A stretch of DNA of 64,000 nt from Myxococcota bacterium (GTDB taxonomy: Bacteria > Myxococcota_A > SURF-8): positions 224,001 to 288,000 of the forward strand of contig CAXXQS010000001.1 of assembly GCA_963674735.2 (NCBI GenBank), given 5' to 3'. A program made the translations under genes and the position numbers. Under the pieces are notes generated by a model. The model did no database searches. It saw only the letters and a program-made list of their open reading frames with translations, and was not told the DNA's origin. How positions within the stretch are numbered: the stretch's first letter is position 1; every line of letters starts with the position of its first letter. Positions 1 through 10,796 of this stretch are shown here, piece by piece.

Positions 1-500
1 ACGTTTCCGCGTGCTACGTCCAGCGCATCCAAAGACAGATCCACGGCCCATATTTCGGCCTGAACCCAGCCTGTAGCCAAAGCGATGGCGATGGCGCCGG
101 TTCCTGTACCGATTTCAGCCACTCGGCGCGATTGACGATCTCCCTCAGGGGCGACTTCCCGGAAAATGCGTTCGACGAGAACCTCGGTCTCGGGCCTTGG
201 AATCAGGGCTTTTTCGCTTACCTGAATTTTGAGCGCGTAGAAATCCTGATCGCCGGTCAGTTGTTGGACGGGTGTTCCTTTGGCGCGTCTTCGCACCATC
301 TCGCGGAAACGGTCCAGATCGGTGGATGTGGGGATGTCGTCGTGGTGCAGGTATAAGTCGATGCGTTTCATCCCCAAAACGTGCGCCAACAAGATTTCCG
401 CGTCGACACGCGGACTTGCGATGTCACGCTGGGCGAAATAGGATTCCGTAAGTTTGATCAGTTCGATGAAAGTCGGGGAGGGCCGTTGCGGGTCGCTCAC
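1..500 (-). CDS. prmC: Release factor glutamine methyltransferase PrmC/HemK, N-terminal part (runs off the window edge)
   Basis: Not in the ORF track. Manual translation from GTG at 500, overlapping the prfA stop (GTGA), gives [22 protein letters not shown]...[14 protein letters not shown]...[13 protein letters not shown], the HemK N-terminal motifs, directly after prfA. Confidence 0.93.
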   Translation of the reverse strand, partial: MSDPQRPSPTFIELIKLTESYFAQRDIASPRVDAEILLAHVLGMKRIDLYLHHDDIPTSTDLDRFREMVRRRAKGTPVQQLTGDQDFYALKIQVSEKALIPRPETEVLVERIFREVAPEGDRQSRRVAEIGTGTGAIAIALATGWVQAEIWAVDLSLDALDVARGN

Positions 501-1588
501 ACCGGACCGCCTTTCAGAGCTTCGGCTTGGAAAAAGGTGCGTGTTTGGACGATCAGCTCGTCCAAGTCCCCCTCCATGATTTCCGGTAGACGGTAAACCG
601 TGTAGTTGATGCGGTGATCGGACAGGCGCCCCTGCGGGAAATTATAGGTGCGGATGCGTTCCGAGCGGTCGCCGCTGCCGACTTGTTGACGCCGGTTGCT
701 GGCCTGCTCACGCTGTTTGCGTTCCAACTCCACTTCAAGAAGTCGAGATTTCAATATCTTCAGGGCTTTGGACCGATTTTTAATCTGCGAACGTTCGTCC
801 TGGCAGGTCACCACAATCCCGGAGGGAATGTGGGTCATGCGCACGGCCGAATCGGTGGTGTTGACGTGCTGGCCACCGGCCCCCGAAGAGCGATAGACAT
901 CGATTCTGAGGTCTTCCGTGCGGACTTCGACATCGGCGTCTTCGGCTTCGATCAGCACCGCAACGGTAGCAGCCGACGTGTGGATGCGTCCTTGTGATTC
1001 CGTTTCCGGAACACGCTGCACGCGGTGCACGCCGCTTTCGTATTTCATGTTCGAATAGACATCTTTCCCCTCGATCAAAAAGACCACTTCCTTGAAGCCG
1101 CCCAGGTCGCTGGGGTGGGAAGACAGAATGTCGATTTTCCAGTTTTTGTTTTCCGCGTAGCGGGTGTACATGCGGTAGAGGTCACCGGCGAACAGGTTGG
1201 CTTCTTCCCCACCCGTTCCGGCTCGAATCTCGATGATGACATTTTTCACGTCGTTGGGATCTTTGGGGAGCAAGAGCACTTTCAGGTGCTCTTCCAGAGC
1301 GTCGCGTTGCTTGTGCAGGTCTCCCAGTTCGTCTTTGGCCATTTGCTGGATTTCGGGGTCCGACTCCTGAAGGAGATCTTCGTTATCGGCGATTTGGCCG
1401 ACAATGGCTTTGAATTTTCGGTAGGTATCGACCAACTCACTCAGATCTGCGTGTTCTTTCCCGGTTGTCTGGTAAGCCTTGCGGTCTGAAATCACCGCCG
1501 GATCGGCCAGTTGTGCCTCCAGGCGCATGTATTTTTCTTCGATCTCGCCCAGTTTTTTCAGCATCGACACGGTAGACTCCACTTGCAC
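497..1588 (-). CDS. prfA: Peptide chain release factor 1
   Basis: GGQ motif ([10 protein letters not shown]), PET recognition tripeptide ([14 protein letters not shown]), [11 protein letters not shown]. The real start may be ATG at 1564. Confidence 0.98.
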   Translation of the reverse strand: MQVESTVSMLKKLGEIEEKYMRLEAQLADPAVISDRKAYQTTGKEHADLSELVDTYRKFKAIVGQIADNEDLLQESDPEIQQMAKDELGDLHKQRDALEEHLKVLLLPKDPNDVKNVIIEIRAGTGGEEANLFAGDLYRMYTRYAENKNWKIDILSSHPSDLGGFKEVVFLIEGKDVYSNMKYESGVHRVQRVPETESQGRIHTSAATVAVLIEAEDADVEVRTEDLRIDVYRSSGAGGQHVNTTDSAVRMTHIPSGIVVTCQDERSQIKNRSKALKILKSRLLEVELERKQREQASNRRQQVGSGDRSERIRTYNFPQGRLSDHRINYTVYRLPEIMEGDLDELIVQTRTFFQAEALKGGPV

Positions 1589-1769
1589 CTGAACGTGGCG
1601 AAAGGCGCGGCTAAGAATTCCCGCCGACCCCGGACGAGCGGAACGTTACCGGGTAATCTCAGCGAGAGGATCGTTCATAATAAACCGCCGAACCTCGCAT
1701 CGCGCGCAGCTCGGCAGTTTTTATCATTCGGTATCGCGTATCTTATGCGATGCGCGATCCGTTGGTTAG

Positions 1770-2825
1770 CTAGAAGTTGACTTCGGCGTAATTCTTGAAA
1801 ACTTCAATTTCTTTTCGTTCAAGAGTCTGTACCCCGACCCGCTCGCGCCACAATGACTTGCGCAGGGATGCCAGGGCCACTTCCAATTGATCGTCGTCCG
1901 GTTCACGAGTGGTGATCAGTTGCAACCACAAGCCCGGTTTGACCAGCCCACGCACCAGCGGGTTGTTCATATGCTTGGATGACCATTTGAGGAACTCGTA
2001 GGAGACGCCCGCAATCGGGAGCATCAGCGGCAGTTTTACGGCGATCTGCAGCAGGGCGTTGATCAGCCGGTTCTCGTGAAAAGCAGGCAGAAAGGGGAAA
2101 ACCGCCATGAAAACGAAAATGGAGGACAGCAACACGATGATAATGAAGCTTGTCCCGCAGCGGGGATGCAAAGTCGTGTATTTCCGCGCATTTTCAACGG
2201 TCAGTGGTTCTCCGCTCTCGTAGGCGTAGATCGATTTGTGTTCGGCGCCGTGGTATTGGAAGACGCGTTTGATGTCGGGCAGAAGGCTGATACCCAACAC
2301 GTAGGCGACGAACATGGCAATTTTAATCGTTCCGTCGAGTATGTGAAACGCGGCACTGTCGGTGGAAAGTCCCAACAGGGTGGTGGTCATATGCGGGACG
2401 CCTTTGAAGACGAGAAAACCGAAGCCCAGTGAAAACGCGATGGTGCCCGCCAGCATTAATTTCGAGAGGGGCGGTTCGGCGTTTTCTTCGAGTGCCGGAC
2501 CTTCGGATTGGACGTTTTCCGTGTCGCGGTTCGCTTCGGCAGAGGGCTCCCCGGATTGTGGGGTTTCTTTTTCTTCGATCATGGCTTGATTGGCCGAGAA
2601 CATCAAGGCCTGAATCCCATTGACGAGCGATTCCAATAGCACGACCGCACCACGAATGAAGGGCCATCGCAAGAAGCTCATCCGCTCCCACAACGATTCC
2701 CACACCCGTTCGGTGACGACGATCTCGCCGCTCGGACGCCGCACCGCAATCGCAAGCGACTTGGGCGAGCGCATCATGACGCCCTCGATTACGGCCTGAC
2801 CACCTACGTTAATCCGCTTTGCCAT
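1770..2825 (-). CDS. DUF1385 (YqhQ-like) membrane protein
   Basis: GGQAVIEGVMMR N-terminus, YHGAEHK, HPRCGTSF, LQLITTREPDDDQLEVA; usual position between rpmE and prfA. Confidence 0.93.
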   Translation of the reverse strand: MAKRINVGGQAVIEGVMMRSPKSLAIAVRRPSGEIVVTERVWESLWERMSFLRWPFIRGAVVLLESLVNGIQALMFSANQAMIEEKETPQSGEPSAEANRDTENVQSEGPALEENAEPPLSKLMLAGTIAFSLGFGFLVFKGVPHMTTTLLGLSTDSAAFHILDGTIKIAMFVAYVLGISLLPDIKRVFQYHGAEHKSIYAYESGEPLTVENARKYTTLHPRCGTSFIIIVLLSSIFVFMAVFPFLPAFHENRLINALLQIAVKLPLMLPIAGVSYEFLKWSSKHMNNPLVRGLVKPGLWLQLITTREPDDDQLEVALASLRKSLWRERVGVQTLERKEIEVFKNYAEVNF

Positions 2826-2949
2826 TCAACACCTCGTTCATTCAATAATAGCACGGAAACCGGAACGCGTAGGGAAAGATTGTTTGGTATGAGGAATCAT
2901 TCCAAGTAATGGAACCGGCTGCCGGCGATCGTGAAGAATGAAACGGCAG

Positions 2950-3162
2950 CTAGGCGTTGCTTGATTTGCGGCCATATTTGCGGTTAAAGCGCTCGACGCG
3001 GCCCTCGGAGTCGACCAGCTTCTGCTTGCCGGTGAAGAACGGATGGCAGGCCGAACAGATGTCTACGCGGTAATCGCCTTTAGTGGACTGGGTCTCGTAA
3101 GCCGCCCCACAGGCGCAGGTGATCGTCGCTTCGGTATACTTCGGATGGATTCCCTTTTTCAT
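2950..3162 (-). CDS. rpmE: 50S ribosomal protein L31, zinc-binding type
   Basis: MKKGIHPKY...CACG...[15 protein letters not shown]...GRVERF; start trimmed to ATG 3162 with AAGGAG upstream. Confidence 0.97.
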   Translation of the reverse strand: MKKGIHPKYTEATITCACGAAYETQSTKGDYRVDICSACHPFFTGKQKLVDSEGRVERFNRKYGRKSSNA

Positions 3163-3361
3163 CGCACACTCCTTCGCAAACTCGATGATAAAGCTTGCCT
3201 TTAAGGGCTTCTCCGCCTCCGGTTGAATTGGAAGCAAGGAAGCCGGTACAAGGTGGACTAATATAAGCGAGTGAAGGGAAATTGCAAGGGAAAAATGGGG
3301 AATTCGCCGTTTTCGCGATTCCGCTTGCCAGTTCGCCAAGGTCAGAGTAGCATCGGAAACT

Positions 3362-3961
3362 ATGATACACCGCATCGTCGCCATATTGCTTGTCTTTTTT
3401 GGATTATCCACCCACGTTGCCGCGCAGACGAGCGGGGAAGCCGTCGTTGAGCGAGAGAGCTCGGCAAAGACGACCCCGGCGTTGGGAGCGGATGCCATGG
3501 CTCAGGAAGCCGCGAGTGAGGCTCTTTTAGGTATCGAGGTCCAGGCTTTTGTCGGCGTAGCGGGACTGATTTCGGACGGCAGTCAGTCGGCGGCCTTGAA
3601 TTTCGGGGCCGATCTGGGCTATCGCTTCATCCCGGCGCTCACGCTCTCGCTGGTTTGGCTGGGCCGCGCACATCCTTGGGAAAGCGGCACGACGCTGTTC
3701 CAAACCGTCGGTCCGGCGTTGCGTTGGAATATCTGGCGCGGTTTGACGCTGGAAGCCGGAGGCGGACTGGCTTTGGGCTTCGTGCGACGCGGCGATTACC
3801 AGCAGTCCGAGATGGGGGGCGGCTGGTTTGCGGCCGTGGGTTATCGCTACTTCTTCCACCCCAACATCGGTGTGGGGGGACGTCTGCTCTTCAGCCAGCG
3901 TTACGTCAAGCAGCTTTATACGGAGATGGGCGTGGTGCTCGGTCCCACACTGGCGTTTTAA
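3362..3961 (+). CDS. Putative small outer-membrane beta-barrel protein
   Basis: Signal peptide, alternating amphipathic strands (ADLGYRF, GPALRW, AVGYRYF), terminal Phe. Confidence 0.7.
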   Translation: MIHRIVAILLVFFGLSTHVAAQTSGEAVVERESSAKTTPALGADAMAQEAASEALLGIEVQAFVGVAGLISDGSQSAALNFGADLGYRFIPALTLSLVWLGRAHPWESGTTLFQTVGPALRWNIWRGLTLEAGGGLALGFVRRGDYQQSEMGGGWFAAVGYRYFFHPNIGVGGRLLFSQRYVKQLYTEMGVVLGPTLAF

Positions 3962-3979
3962 AGAATTAGTTTGTTCTAT

Positions 3980-4531
3980 TTAAAACTTGAAATAAAAAAT
4001 TGTAACAATTGATGGTAGAAAGGCGAAGGCCAGTAGCCCATAAATTGAAAGGCTATTTCCAATAAATACTACGATAGAACTAATGATAAGGAGTGCAGAC
4101 CATAGCAATCGAGAGAATATGTTCTTTGATTTGTTGTTATAATAAGATTCTGTAAATATATTGTAATCTTCAATGCTTGGAAATGCATTTACCCCAATTG
4201 CTATACCAATGTAAAAAACGGCGATGTGTGGAAAGCTAGCGCTATTTCCCGCAAGCTGCCATTGTATCATCGATGGGATTGTTAATATTGCACATGTAAA
4301 AGTTCCAAATATGAATGGCGCAAAGCAAATTAATAACGACTTAACTCTTGATCTCTCGGTTTTCGAGATAACAAATGCCGTGCTTGTAAAAGGTACGTAA
4401 TATTTGACGCCGAAAACAGGAACATTGAGGAAGTCAAGGATAAGTTTATGAGAAAATTCATGAAAAATAACACCAGGAAAAGTAAAAAGTGCGAACATAT
4501 CACCTATAGGATTGGAATTGTTATTTGTCAT
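3980..4531 (-). CDS. Membrane zinc metalloprotease-like protein (M50/DUF3267-like), AT-rich
   Basis: FPGVIFHEFSH (HExxH), several TM segments, NAFPSxxD third-ligand-like motif. Confidence 0.7.
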   Translation of the reverse strand: MTNNNSNPIGDMFALFTFPGVIFHEFSHKLILDFLNVPVFGVKYYVPFTSTAFVISKTERSRVKSLLICFAPFIFGTFTCAILTIPSMIQWQLAGNSASFPHIAVFYIGIAIGVNAFPSIEDYNIFTESYYNNKSKNIFSRLLWSALLIISSIVVFIGNSLSIYGLLAFAFLPSIVTIFYFKF

Positions 4532-5010
4532 TTACGTCCTACTGTGGAGAAGAGCCCTTTATATTTATCTGGCATCACGTGTTCTAATTTTTCCCATTGT
4601 TTGCCACTAATGGTTACCCCTTTCAGATGATAAAGTCCTTGAATGTCATCTTCATTGTTTGAATTTAGAAAATAGCATTGTGCAATTGAAACTTTTATTG
4701 TTGCTGAGTTTGGGAAAAAGCTAAGAGCATTTTTTAGGTAATTAATCGCAGTGTCATATTGGTTATTTTCAATCGATTGTTGGCCATTTCTATAAAAATT
4801 TGCGGCAACGATACAGCGATCAAAATCTTTTAAGGAAACTAACAGCAAAATCGAAACGACAATCATTCCAGCTATTAAATACCAAGGGAAATGAAAACGC
4901 TTTATAGGAGGTTTGTTGAGTAGTGAGCCGCAATGATGGCAAAAGGTGTTGCTACTAGTGACCTCTTCTCCACAATTTGAACATATTTGATTGTCCACCG
5001 AATTCCTCAA
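4528..5010 (-). CDS. Zinc-ribbon + TM + TPR protein, AT-rich
   Basis: CSNCG...FCHHCG ribbon, one TM helix, TPR-like YDTAINYLKNALSFFPN; ATGA overlap with the downstream protease gene. Confidence 0.75.
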   Translation of the reverse strand: MRNSVDNQICSNCGEEVTSSNTFCHHCGSLLNKPPIKRFHFPWYLIAGMIVVSILLLVSLKDFDRCIVAANFYRNGQQSIENNQYDTAINYLKNALSFFPNSATIKVSIAQCYFLNSNNEDDIQGLYHLKGVTISGKQWEKLEHVMPDKYKGLFSTVGRK

Positions 5011-5094
5011 TGGAATTACTAAATTTATAAAAGGCTATCGTATACGGCTTATTATATTAGAAAAAATAAAATTGATAAGTATTTTGTTTTCATA

Positions 5095-5790
5095 TTACCG
5101 ATACCCCGCCCCGATAAACGCCATCAGGACGTTGCTTAGACCGTGCAGAATGATGGGTGAGACCAGCGAGCCGCGCTTGACCGCCATCCAGCCGAACAGC
5201 AGTGAGGGAAAGAAGGTGGCCAGCCGGAAGGGATGCGGAATGCTGGCCAGGTGCCCGATGGCGAACAGCAGCGAGGTAAGCCACACCGCCTTGCCGAAGT
5301 CGCCGCCCAAAATGCGGAAACGCGCAGGCCAACGGCGCGTGAGGACGGTTTGCAGCCAGCCGCGATAGAAGAACTCCTCCGGCAGCGCGATGAGCAGGAT
5401 CTGCTCGAAAGCCAGGTAAGCGACGTTACGTGCGGGCCAGGCGGGGGCCAGCGTGCGGTCGAATACAACGGTTTGCCACAGGTGATTGCCTAATAAAAAC
5501 AAGGGGAAGATGATCCCCGCGACGATCAGCGCGAAGCCGATCTCGCGCGGCCAGTTTTTAAGTGTGATGCCGTAGGCGGCCAGCGGCTGGCCGTATTTCT
5601 CGCTACGCAGGACGGGAAAATACACCATGGCCGCCAGCACGACCGAGTAGGCGTATTCCTGGATTCCGGCGGGCAGCAGATGCGCGGTGCAGGCAATGGC
5701 CGCCACGACTCCGATATAGGCCCATAGCGCCTCTTTGCGCTCGCGTGCCAACCCTTCAGGATGCGTCGTCGCTTGTGTTTCCGCCGTCAC
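5095..5790 (-). CDS. CPBP (CAAX/Abi) intramembrane glutamic protease, resembling the myxosortase (MXAN_2755-like) subfamily
   Basis: LPEEFFYRGWLQ, LFAIGH, RLATFFPSLLFGW, ILHGLSN motifs. Confidence 0.85.
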   Translation of the reverse strand: MTAETQATTHPEGLARERKEALWAYIGVVAAIACTAHLLPAGIQEYAYSVVLAAMVYFPVLRSEKYGQPLAAYGITLKNWPREIGFALIVAGIIFPLFLLGNHLWQTVVFDRTLAPAWPARNVAYLAFEQILLIALPEEFFYRGWLQTVLTRRWPARFRILGGDFGKAVWLTSLLFAIGHLASIPHPFRLATFFPSLLFGWMAVKRGSLVSPIILHGLSNVLMAFIGAGYR

Positions 5791-6592
5791 GCTCCAACCC
5801 CTCGTTCAAACTGCCGGTGCGGTAGCCCTTCATGTCCAAGGTGACATAGCGAAAGCCCTCGGCCTCGCCTGCCGCCACCACCTTAGCCCGGATGGCGTCG
5901 TCGAGCAAGCGCGGCCAGTCGTTTTCCGCCGTTTCGATGCGTAGAATGGGATCGTGATCGCGCGCGCGCACCTGGACGAAGCCCAGATCGTACAGGACAT
6001 CCTCGATGTGCTCGATGCGCCCGAGTCGTCTGCGCGTGATTGGGGTGCCGTAGGGAATGCGCGAAGCCAGGCACGCGGCGGCGGGCTTGTTCCAAGTCGG
6101 TAATCCCAAATCTTTGCTCAACTCGCGGATGTCGGCCTTGTGCAACCCGGCTTCGATAAAGGGATGCTTGACTCCCGCCTCATCGGCTGCGCGAATGCCG
6201 GGCCGATAATCGCCGAGGTCGTCCAGGTTGAGACCATCGACCACCACGCTGAGCCCCAGTCGTTTGGCTTGGGCGGTGGCCAATGCCGCGATAGCCTGTT
6301 TGCAGTGGTAGCAGCGGTCTTTGGCATTTTCGCGATAGGCGGGCAGATCGAGTTCGTTCGCAGCGGCGACGATCAACTTCAGCGAGAAACGCTCGGCCAT
6401 TTTATGTGCGTCGAGCAGGTCTCGGCGTGGCAGGGACGGCGAGTCGGCGATCATGCCCACTGCGCGATCCTTGAGGGTATCCACCGCCGCGCGGGCCAAC
6501 AGCACGCTGTCGGTTCCACCCGAAAACATCACCAGCACGCTGTCGTAGGATTTCAATATCCGGCGTAGTTTTTCGTAGCGCTCGTCGGGCAT
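5756..6592 (-). CDS. larE: LarE-family ATP-dependent sulfur transferase
   Basis: SGGTDS PP-loop, RCYHCK, DYRPG, KPAAACLASRIPYG, GYRTGSLN. Confidence 0.9.
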   Translation of the reverse strand: MPDERYEKLRRILKSYDSVLVMFSGGTDSVLLARAAVDTLKDRAVGMIADSPSLPRRDLLDAHKMAERFSLKLIVAAANELDLPAYRENAKDRCYHCKQAIAALATAQAKRLGLSVVVDGLNLDDLGDYRPGIRAADEAGVKHPFIEAGLHKADIRELSKDLGLPTWNKPAAACLASRIPYGTPITRRRLGRIEHIEDVLYDLGFVQVRARDHDPILRIETAENDWPRLLDDAIRAKVVAAGEAEGFRYVTLDMKGYRTGSLNEGLERDGGNTSDDAS

Positions 6593-6595
6593 GAC

Positions 6596-7624
6596 CTACC
6601 TCTCGATGCGGTTGGGATCGAGGTCGCTTTTCATTACGGTTTCCCATTTGAAAGGCACCTGCCGGGGGGTGTCCTGATCGATCGTATAGATCTCGACGGC
6701 GGCAGGTCGGCCATCCAGCGTTACTTTCCGCTTGGCGTAGGCGCTCATCAAGCGGAAGGCGCGCCGTTGGTTGCGCGGGGTCTCGGCTCCTTCCAACAAC
6801 ACCGAGGGGCCGTTGAAGTTGACGGGTTTGTAGAGCCGCGAGTTTGCATGGATCAGTCGCCGCAGACGTTCGTTCTCGGGATCGTCGCGACCCACGACGG
6901 CCTTGGTTTCCGAATCGAAACGAAAGTGGCGGCCCATGGACAAACGGCGGAAGTCGTCCGCGCACAGTTCGTCTTGTTGGGCCTTGAAATCGCGCACACG
7001 TGCGGCATAATTCTTGTCGGTAAGCAGGCAGCCGCCGCCGCCCGATTCGATGCCGTCGAGTCCCCATTGGCGTGCCAGATCGAGTTGGCGGCCTCGTCCG
7101 CGTCCGATGATGTCGAATAAGCGGTCACGTTCGATCAGTCCCGCGCGTTCGACCTCGGTGGGTTCGAAATGCAAAGCCGACAACGGACGCAGCAGCAAGC
7201 CCTGTACCTCGGCGCGTTTTTCAATGAAATCGAGTTGTTGGCGCAACTGACTCATGGGACGCTGGCCCACCACCTCGCCGGTGACGATTACCCCTGCGCC
7301 GATTTCGAGCATGACCTGCTTGGCCAGCTTCAGCAAGTGAATACGGCAGTCGATACAGGGGTTTACACCGGAACCGACTCCATGTTTCGGGGCGTTGAGT
7401 ATGGCGACGAAGTCGGGGCCTTTTTCGACCACACGCACCTCCACTCCCAAGCGTTTGGCATTGCGGCGTGCTTTTACGACGCCGGGGCCATCCGGATCGT
7501 CGAAGGGATTGAGCGCGTGCAGCGCCAGTACCTCGAAGCCCTGATCGACCAAAATGCGAATGGCCAGGGCGCTGTCGAGGCCGGTGGATAGCAGAGCAAC
7601 GGCTTTGGGTTTCGCGGGTGACAT
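6596..7624 (-). CDS. ThiI/MnmA-like PP-loop tRNA thiolation family protein
   Basis: LSTGLDS, NPCIDCRI, TGEVVGQRPMSQ, LRPLSA, GGCLLTD, GRHFR. Confidence 0.85.
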   Translation of the reverse strand: MSPAKPKAVALLSTGLDSALAIRILVDQGFEVLALHALNPFDDPDGPGVVKARRNAKRLGVEVRVVEKGPDFVAILNAPKHGVGSGVNPCIDCRIHLLKLAKQVMLEIGAGVIVTGEVVGQRPMSQLRQQLDFIEKRAEVQGLLLRPLSALHFEPTEVERAGLIERDRLFDIIGRGRGRQLDLARQWGLDGIESGGGGCLLTDKNYAARVRDFKAQQDELCADDFRRLSMGRHFRFDSETKAVVGRDDPENERLRRLIHANSRLYKPVNFNGPSVLLEGAETPRNQRRAFRLMSAYAKRKVTLDGRPAAVEIYTIDQDTPRQVPFKWETVMKSDLDPNRIER

Positions 7625-7859
7625 GATACTCCGTTCGGTCTGGCGATTATTTTAAAACGATTGTAAAACCGCCCGTTACGCGGCTCAGTTTAGGGAAAGG
7701 TGGCCGGTGGCGCAAGGGCTTTTCCGGTATCGATTTCATTTTGAATGAGGAATGAGGCGACCACAGAGCGGGAATTTTGAGGGAAACGGTAGGGATTCCT
7801 TGACGAAACGGGCGCGTTTAGGGTTGGATAGTGAGATAAAACAGAATGTGGAGGATCGA

Positions 7860-10796
7860 ATGAGTGGTTTTATCGTTCGGATCGCATTGAGTGGGTTGAA
7901 CGAACTTCGGTTGTTCGTTGTGCTTGGCTTGAGCTTGCTTGCTATCGGCGGCTGTACGGGAACCAGCACGAACTCCGTTGATTTCGAAGGGGATAAGGAT
8001 CGTCCGACCGACGATGGCGATTCGGATGCGATCGAGGATGAAATAGAGGATGACGGCGACAGCTCTGACGGCGACGACCCCGATGGCGACGTTCCGCCTT
8101 CTTTCGCTTGCCCCTTGCCCGATACAAGCGGCATTCCACGCGGCGAGCATCCGCGTCCCGACTTCTGTCGCCGCGAATTCGTCAATCTCAATGGACCCTG
8201 GTCGTTTGCCTTCGATCCCGATGTCACCGGTGAGGCGTTCGACTGGGGTTTCGACGTCGATGCATACACCCATGAAATACAGGTTCCTTTCTCCTGGCAA
8301 AGTACGTTGTCCGGAATTGCTGACACGGAATACCAAGGTGTGGCCTGGTACACGCGCAGCTTTGTCGTGCCGGAGAATTGGAACGGACAACGCGTGCATT
8401 TGGTGTTCGGCGCGGTGGACTGGTCGGCGCGGGTGTGGGTCAATGACCGCAGCCAAGAGTGGTCGCATGAAGGTGGCTACACGCCGTTTCGCGTCGATAT
8501 CACCGACGCGCTGATTTCCGGCGGTGAAAACCGCGTGTTTCTGCGCGTCGAAGATCCCGGTAACGATGCTGAATTTCCTCATGGCAAACAGGGCTCGCCC
8601 TGGTACACCAACTGCGGCGGTATCTGGCAGACGGTCTACCTGGAGCCCGTTCCCGATCTGCGTATCGACAATCTGCAAATCATCCAGCCCGATTCCATCG
8701 AGACCGACCCGCTGCGGCTAACGGTTAAGCTGACGGTCGGTGGCGACATCGAGCCGGATCTCGATCTGCGGGTTTATCGCGCCGACACGGGTGAACGTCT
8801 GTCCTGGTCGGATGTGGAGCAGAGCACCGAGCGTCTTACGGCAACGCTGACGGCCTTGCTGGACGTGGATACAAGCTGGATATGGAGTCCCGAGACGCCG
8901 ACGTTGGTGCCTCTGACGTTACGTGTTTGTAATTCGGGTGTGTGCGATGCCATTACCACCTATACCGGCCTGCGAACGGTGGAGGTGCGTGAGGTGGAAG
9001 GGGTTCCCAATCCGGTCATTCATGTGAACGGCGAACCGACCTACATTCGCATGCCGCTGGTGCAGGGCTACCACCCCGAAGGGTTGATGACCTATCCATC
9101 GGAGGGCGCCATCGTTAACGATCTGAGAGCGGCGCGCGATTTCGGCTTCAACGGCGTGCGTTTGCACATCAAACCCGAAGAGCCGTTGGTGCTCTATCAT
9201 GCCGATCGCCTAGGGCTGCTGGTCGATTATGACATGGTCAACCTGGGCAACTTCCCGATTGCCGCGGGCGATACGGAAACGGGTCGTGCGCGTTGGGAAT
9301 CCACCATGCGCGAACAGGTGTTGCGCGACCGCAACCATCCGTCTGTTATTTGGTGGACCCTCTTCAACGAAACCTGGGGACTCACCGACATCGTCACACC
9401 CTACGATGCCGAGCGTCAGAGTTGGGTGCTCGACCAACTGGCCAACCTGCGGGAGCTTGTGCCGGGGCAACTAGCCGAGGATATGTCCCCCACCCAAGTG
9501 GGACTCGATCACGTCGAAACCGACATTCTATCCTGGCATTTTTACCTGGGTCGTCACAATGAGGTGGTCGCGCATCTGGATGAAGTGGTGGCCGGGGCGG
9601 CTGTAGGATCGAATTATTTCTTCGTCGATGGGGTTGCCCAGGATCGCCTGCTGCCGTTGATCAACACCGAGTTCGGTCCGTTCTCATACGAACCGATCAC
9701 GCCAGGCTGGAAGCGCGATCGGGATATTTCCAATGCCTTGCGCTGGATGCTTCAGGAATTTCGCGTGCGCCCCGCCATTTCGGGTTACGTGTTCACGGAA
9801 CTCTACGACGTCGAGTTCGAACACAATGGGCTGATGGATTACGATCGGGGCGGCAAGGTCTTGGGCTATGAGGAGCTTGCCGGAGGTTGTTCGCTTGCGG
9901 CCATGCAGGGTGATGTTTATGTGGCTTTGCATAACGTTCCTTCTCTGAAAGTCGCACCCGGCGAATCCGTTAGCCTGAATCCCTGGGTTTCAAGCTATCG
10001 GCCTGAGCGTGTCGAGGAAGAACTCACGTGGCGCTTGTCCTGGCCCATGGATGCCGATAGCGAGTTGGCAAGCGGGACACAGGCTGTAAATGTAAGCTCG
10101 GCGGGACTCACTTGGCTCGATCCCATTTCCTTTGTTGCTCCTGTCGAACCGGGGGCCTATGTGGTCGCTGCAACGCTGGGCGACGCCTGTAATTATTTAC
10201 CGGTCATCGTATTGGAAGAGCGCAAGCCCGGTTGGTCCAGCCAAGGCGGGACCAGCATGGTTTACTCCATCAGCCCTGCCAATCTGTCAACCACATCCGG
10301 TGAGGAAGATACCGTGGAAATTGGTGGGGCGGTTGAAGCGGCGGGATTTCTGGGGCAGGGAATGCTGACGGCCGAGTTCAATCCTTTTGCTTCTTTTGAA
10401 AGTGTCGATTGGTCGGCCTTGGAGGTAGCCTTCGAGGCCGCCGCCAACGAGCGCGGGATGCCGCAGACGGACGCCGTCCCCTTCCCGACGACGGTTATCA
10501 TCAAGTTGAACGGCATTGAAGTGGGCCGCGAAGATCTGGCGGATGACTGGGCCGATGCACGCGGTTTGCTGAGCCACCATTTCATTCCGAGCACCGAACC
10601 CACCGGTGGATACGGCCGATGGGTGTCGTTTGTTGTAACCGGTGAAAAACTCACACAGATACAAGATGTTGCTCAAACGTCAGGGCACTTCACGTTGACC
10701 TTGGAATCGTCAGGGGAGGGCGGGTTGATCGTTTACGGACTGCGCACCGGTCGTTATGCCGTTGATCCGAACGTGACCGTACGATTTAACCCTTGA
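7860..10796 (+). CDS. Glycoside hydrolase family 2 lipoprotein with acidic N-terminal tether
   Basis: Lipobox IGGC; EHPRPDF, LNGPWSF, HLVFGAVDW, HEGGYTPF, GIWQTVYLE, RNHPSVIWWTLFNETWG, INTEFG; GGAGG before ATG 7860. Confidence 0.9.
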   Translation: MSGFIVRIALSGLNELRLFVVLGLSLLAIGGCTGTSTNSVDFEGDKDRPTDDGDSDAIEDEIEDDGDSSDGDDPDGDVPPSFACPLPDTSGIPRGEHPRPDFCRREFVNLNGPWSFAFDPDVTGEAFDWGFDVDAYTHEIQVPFSWQSTLSGIADTEYQGVAWYTRSFVVPENWNGQRVHLVFGAVDWSARVWVNDRSQEWSHEGGYTPFRVDITDALISGGENRVFLRVEDPGNDAEFPHGKQGSPWYTNCGGIWQTVYLEPVPDLRIDNLQIIQPDSIETDPLRLTVKLTVGGDIEPDLDLRVYRADTGERLSWSDVEQSTERLTATLTALLDVDTSWIWSPETPTLVPLTLRVCNSGVCDAITTYTGLRTVEVREVEGVPNPVIHVNGEPTYIRMPLVQGYHPEGLMTYPSEGAIVNDLRAARDFGFNGVRLHIKPEEPLVLYHADRLGLLVDYDMVNLGNFPIAAGDTETGRARWESTMREQVLRDRNHPSVIWWTLFNETWGLTDIVTPYDAERQSWVLDQLANLRELVPGQLAEDMSPTQVGLDHVETDILSWHFYLGRHNEVVAHLDEVVAGAAVGSNYFFVDGVAQDRLLPLINTEFGPFSYEPITPGWKRDRDISNALRWMLQEFRVRPAISGYVFTELYDVEFEHNGLMDYDRGGKVLGYEELAGGCSLAAMQGDVYVALHNVPSLKVAPGESVSLNPWVSSYRPERVEEELTWRLSWPMDADSELASGTQAVNVSSAGLTWLDPISFVAPVEPGAYVVAATLGDACNYLPVIVLEERKPGWSSQGGTSMVYSISPANLSTTSGEEDTVEIGGAVEAAGFLGQGMLTAEFNPFASFESVDWSALEVAFEAAANERGMPQTDAVPFPTTVIIKLNGIEVGREDLADDWADARGLLSHHFIPSTEPTGGYGRWVSFVVTGEKLTQIQDVAQTSGHFTLTLESSGEGGLIVYGLRTGRYAVDPNVTVRFNP

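Noticed and set aside
2950-3498. 182-aa extended L31
   Set aside because: The extension overlaps the divergent gene; the RBS and family N-terminus place the start at 3162.
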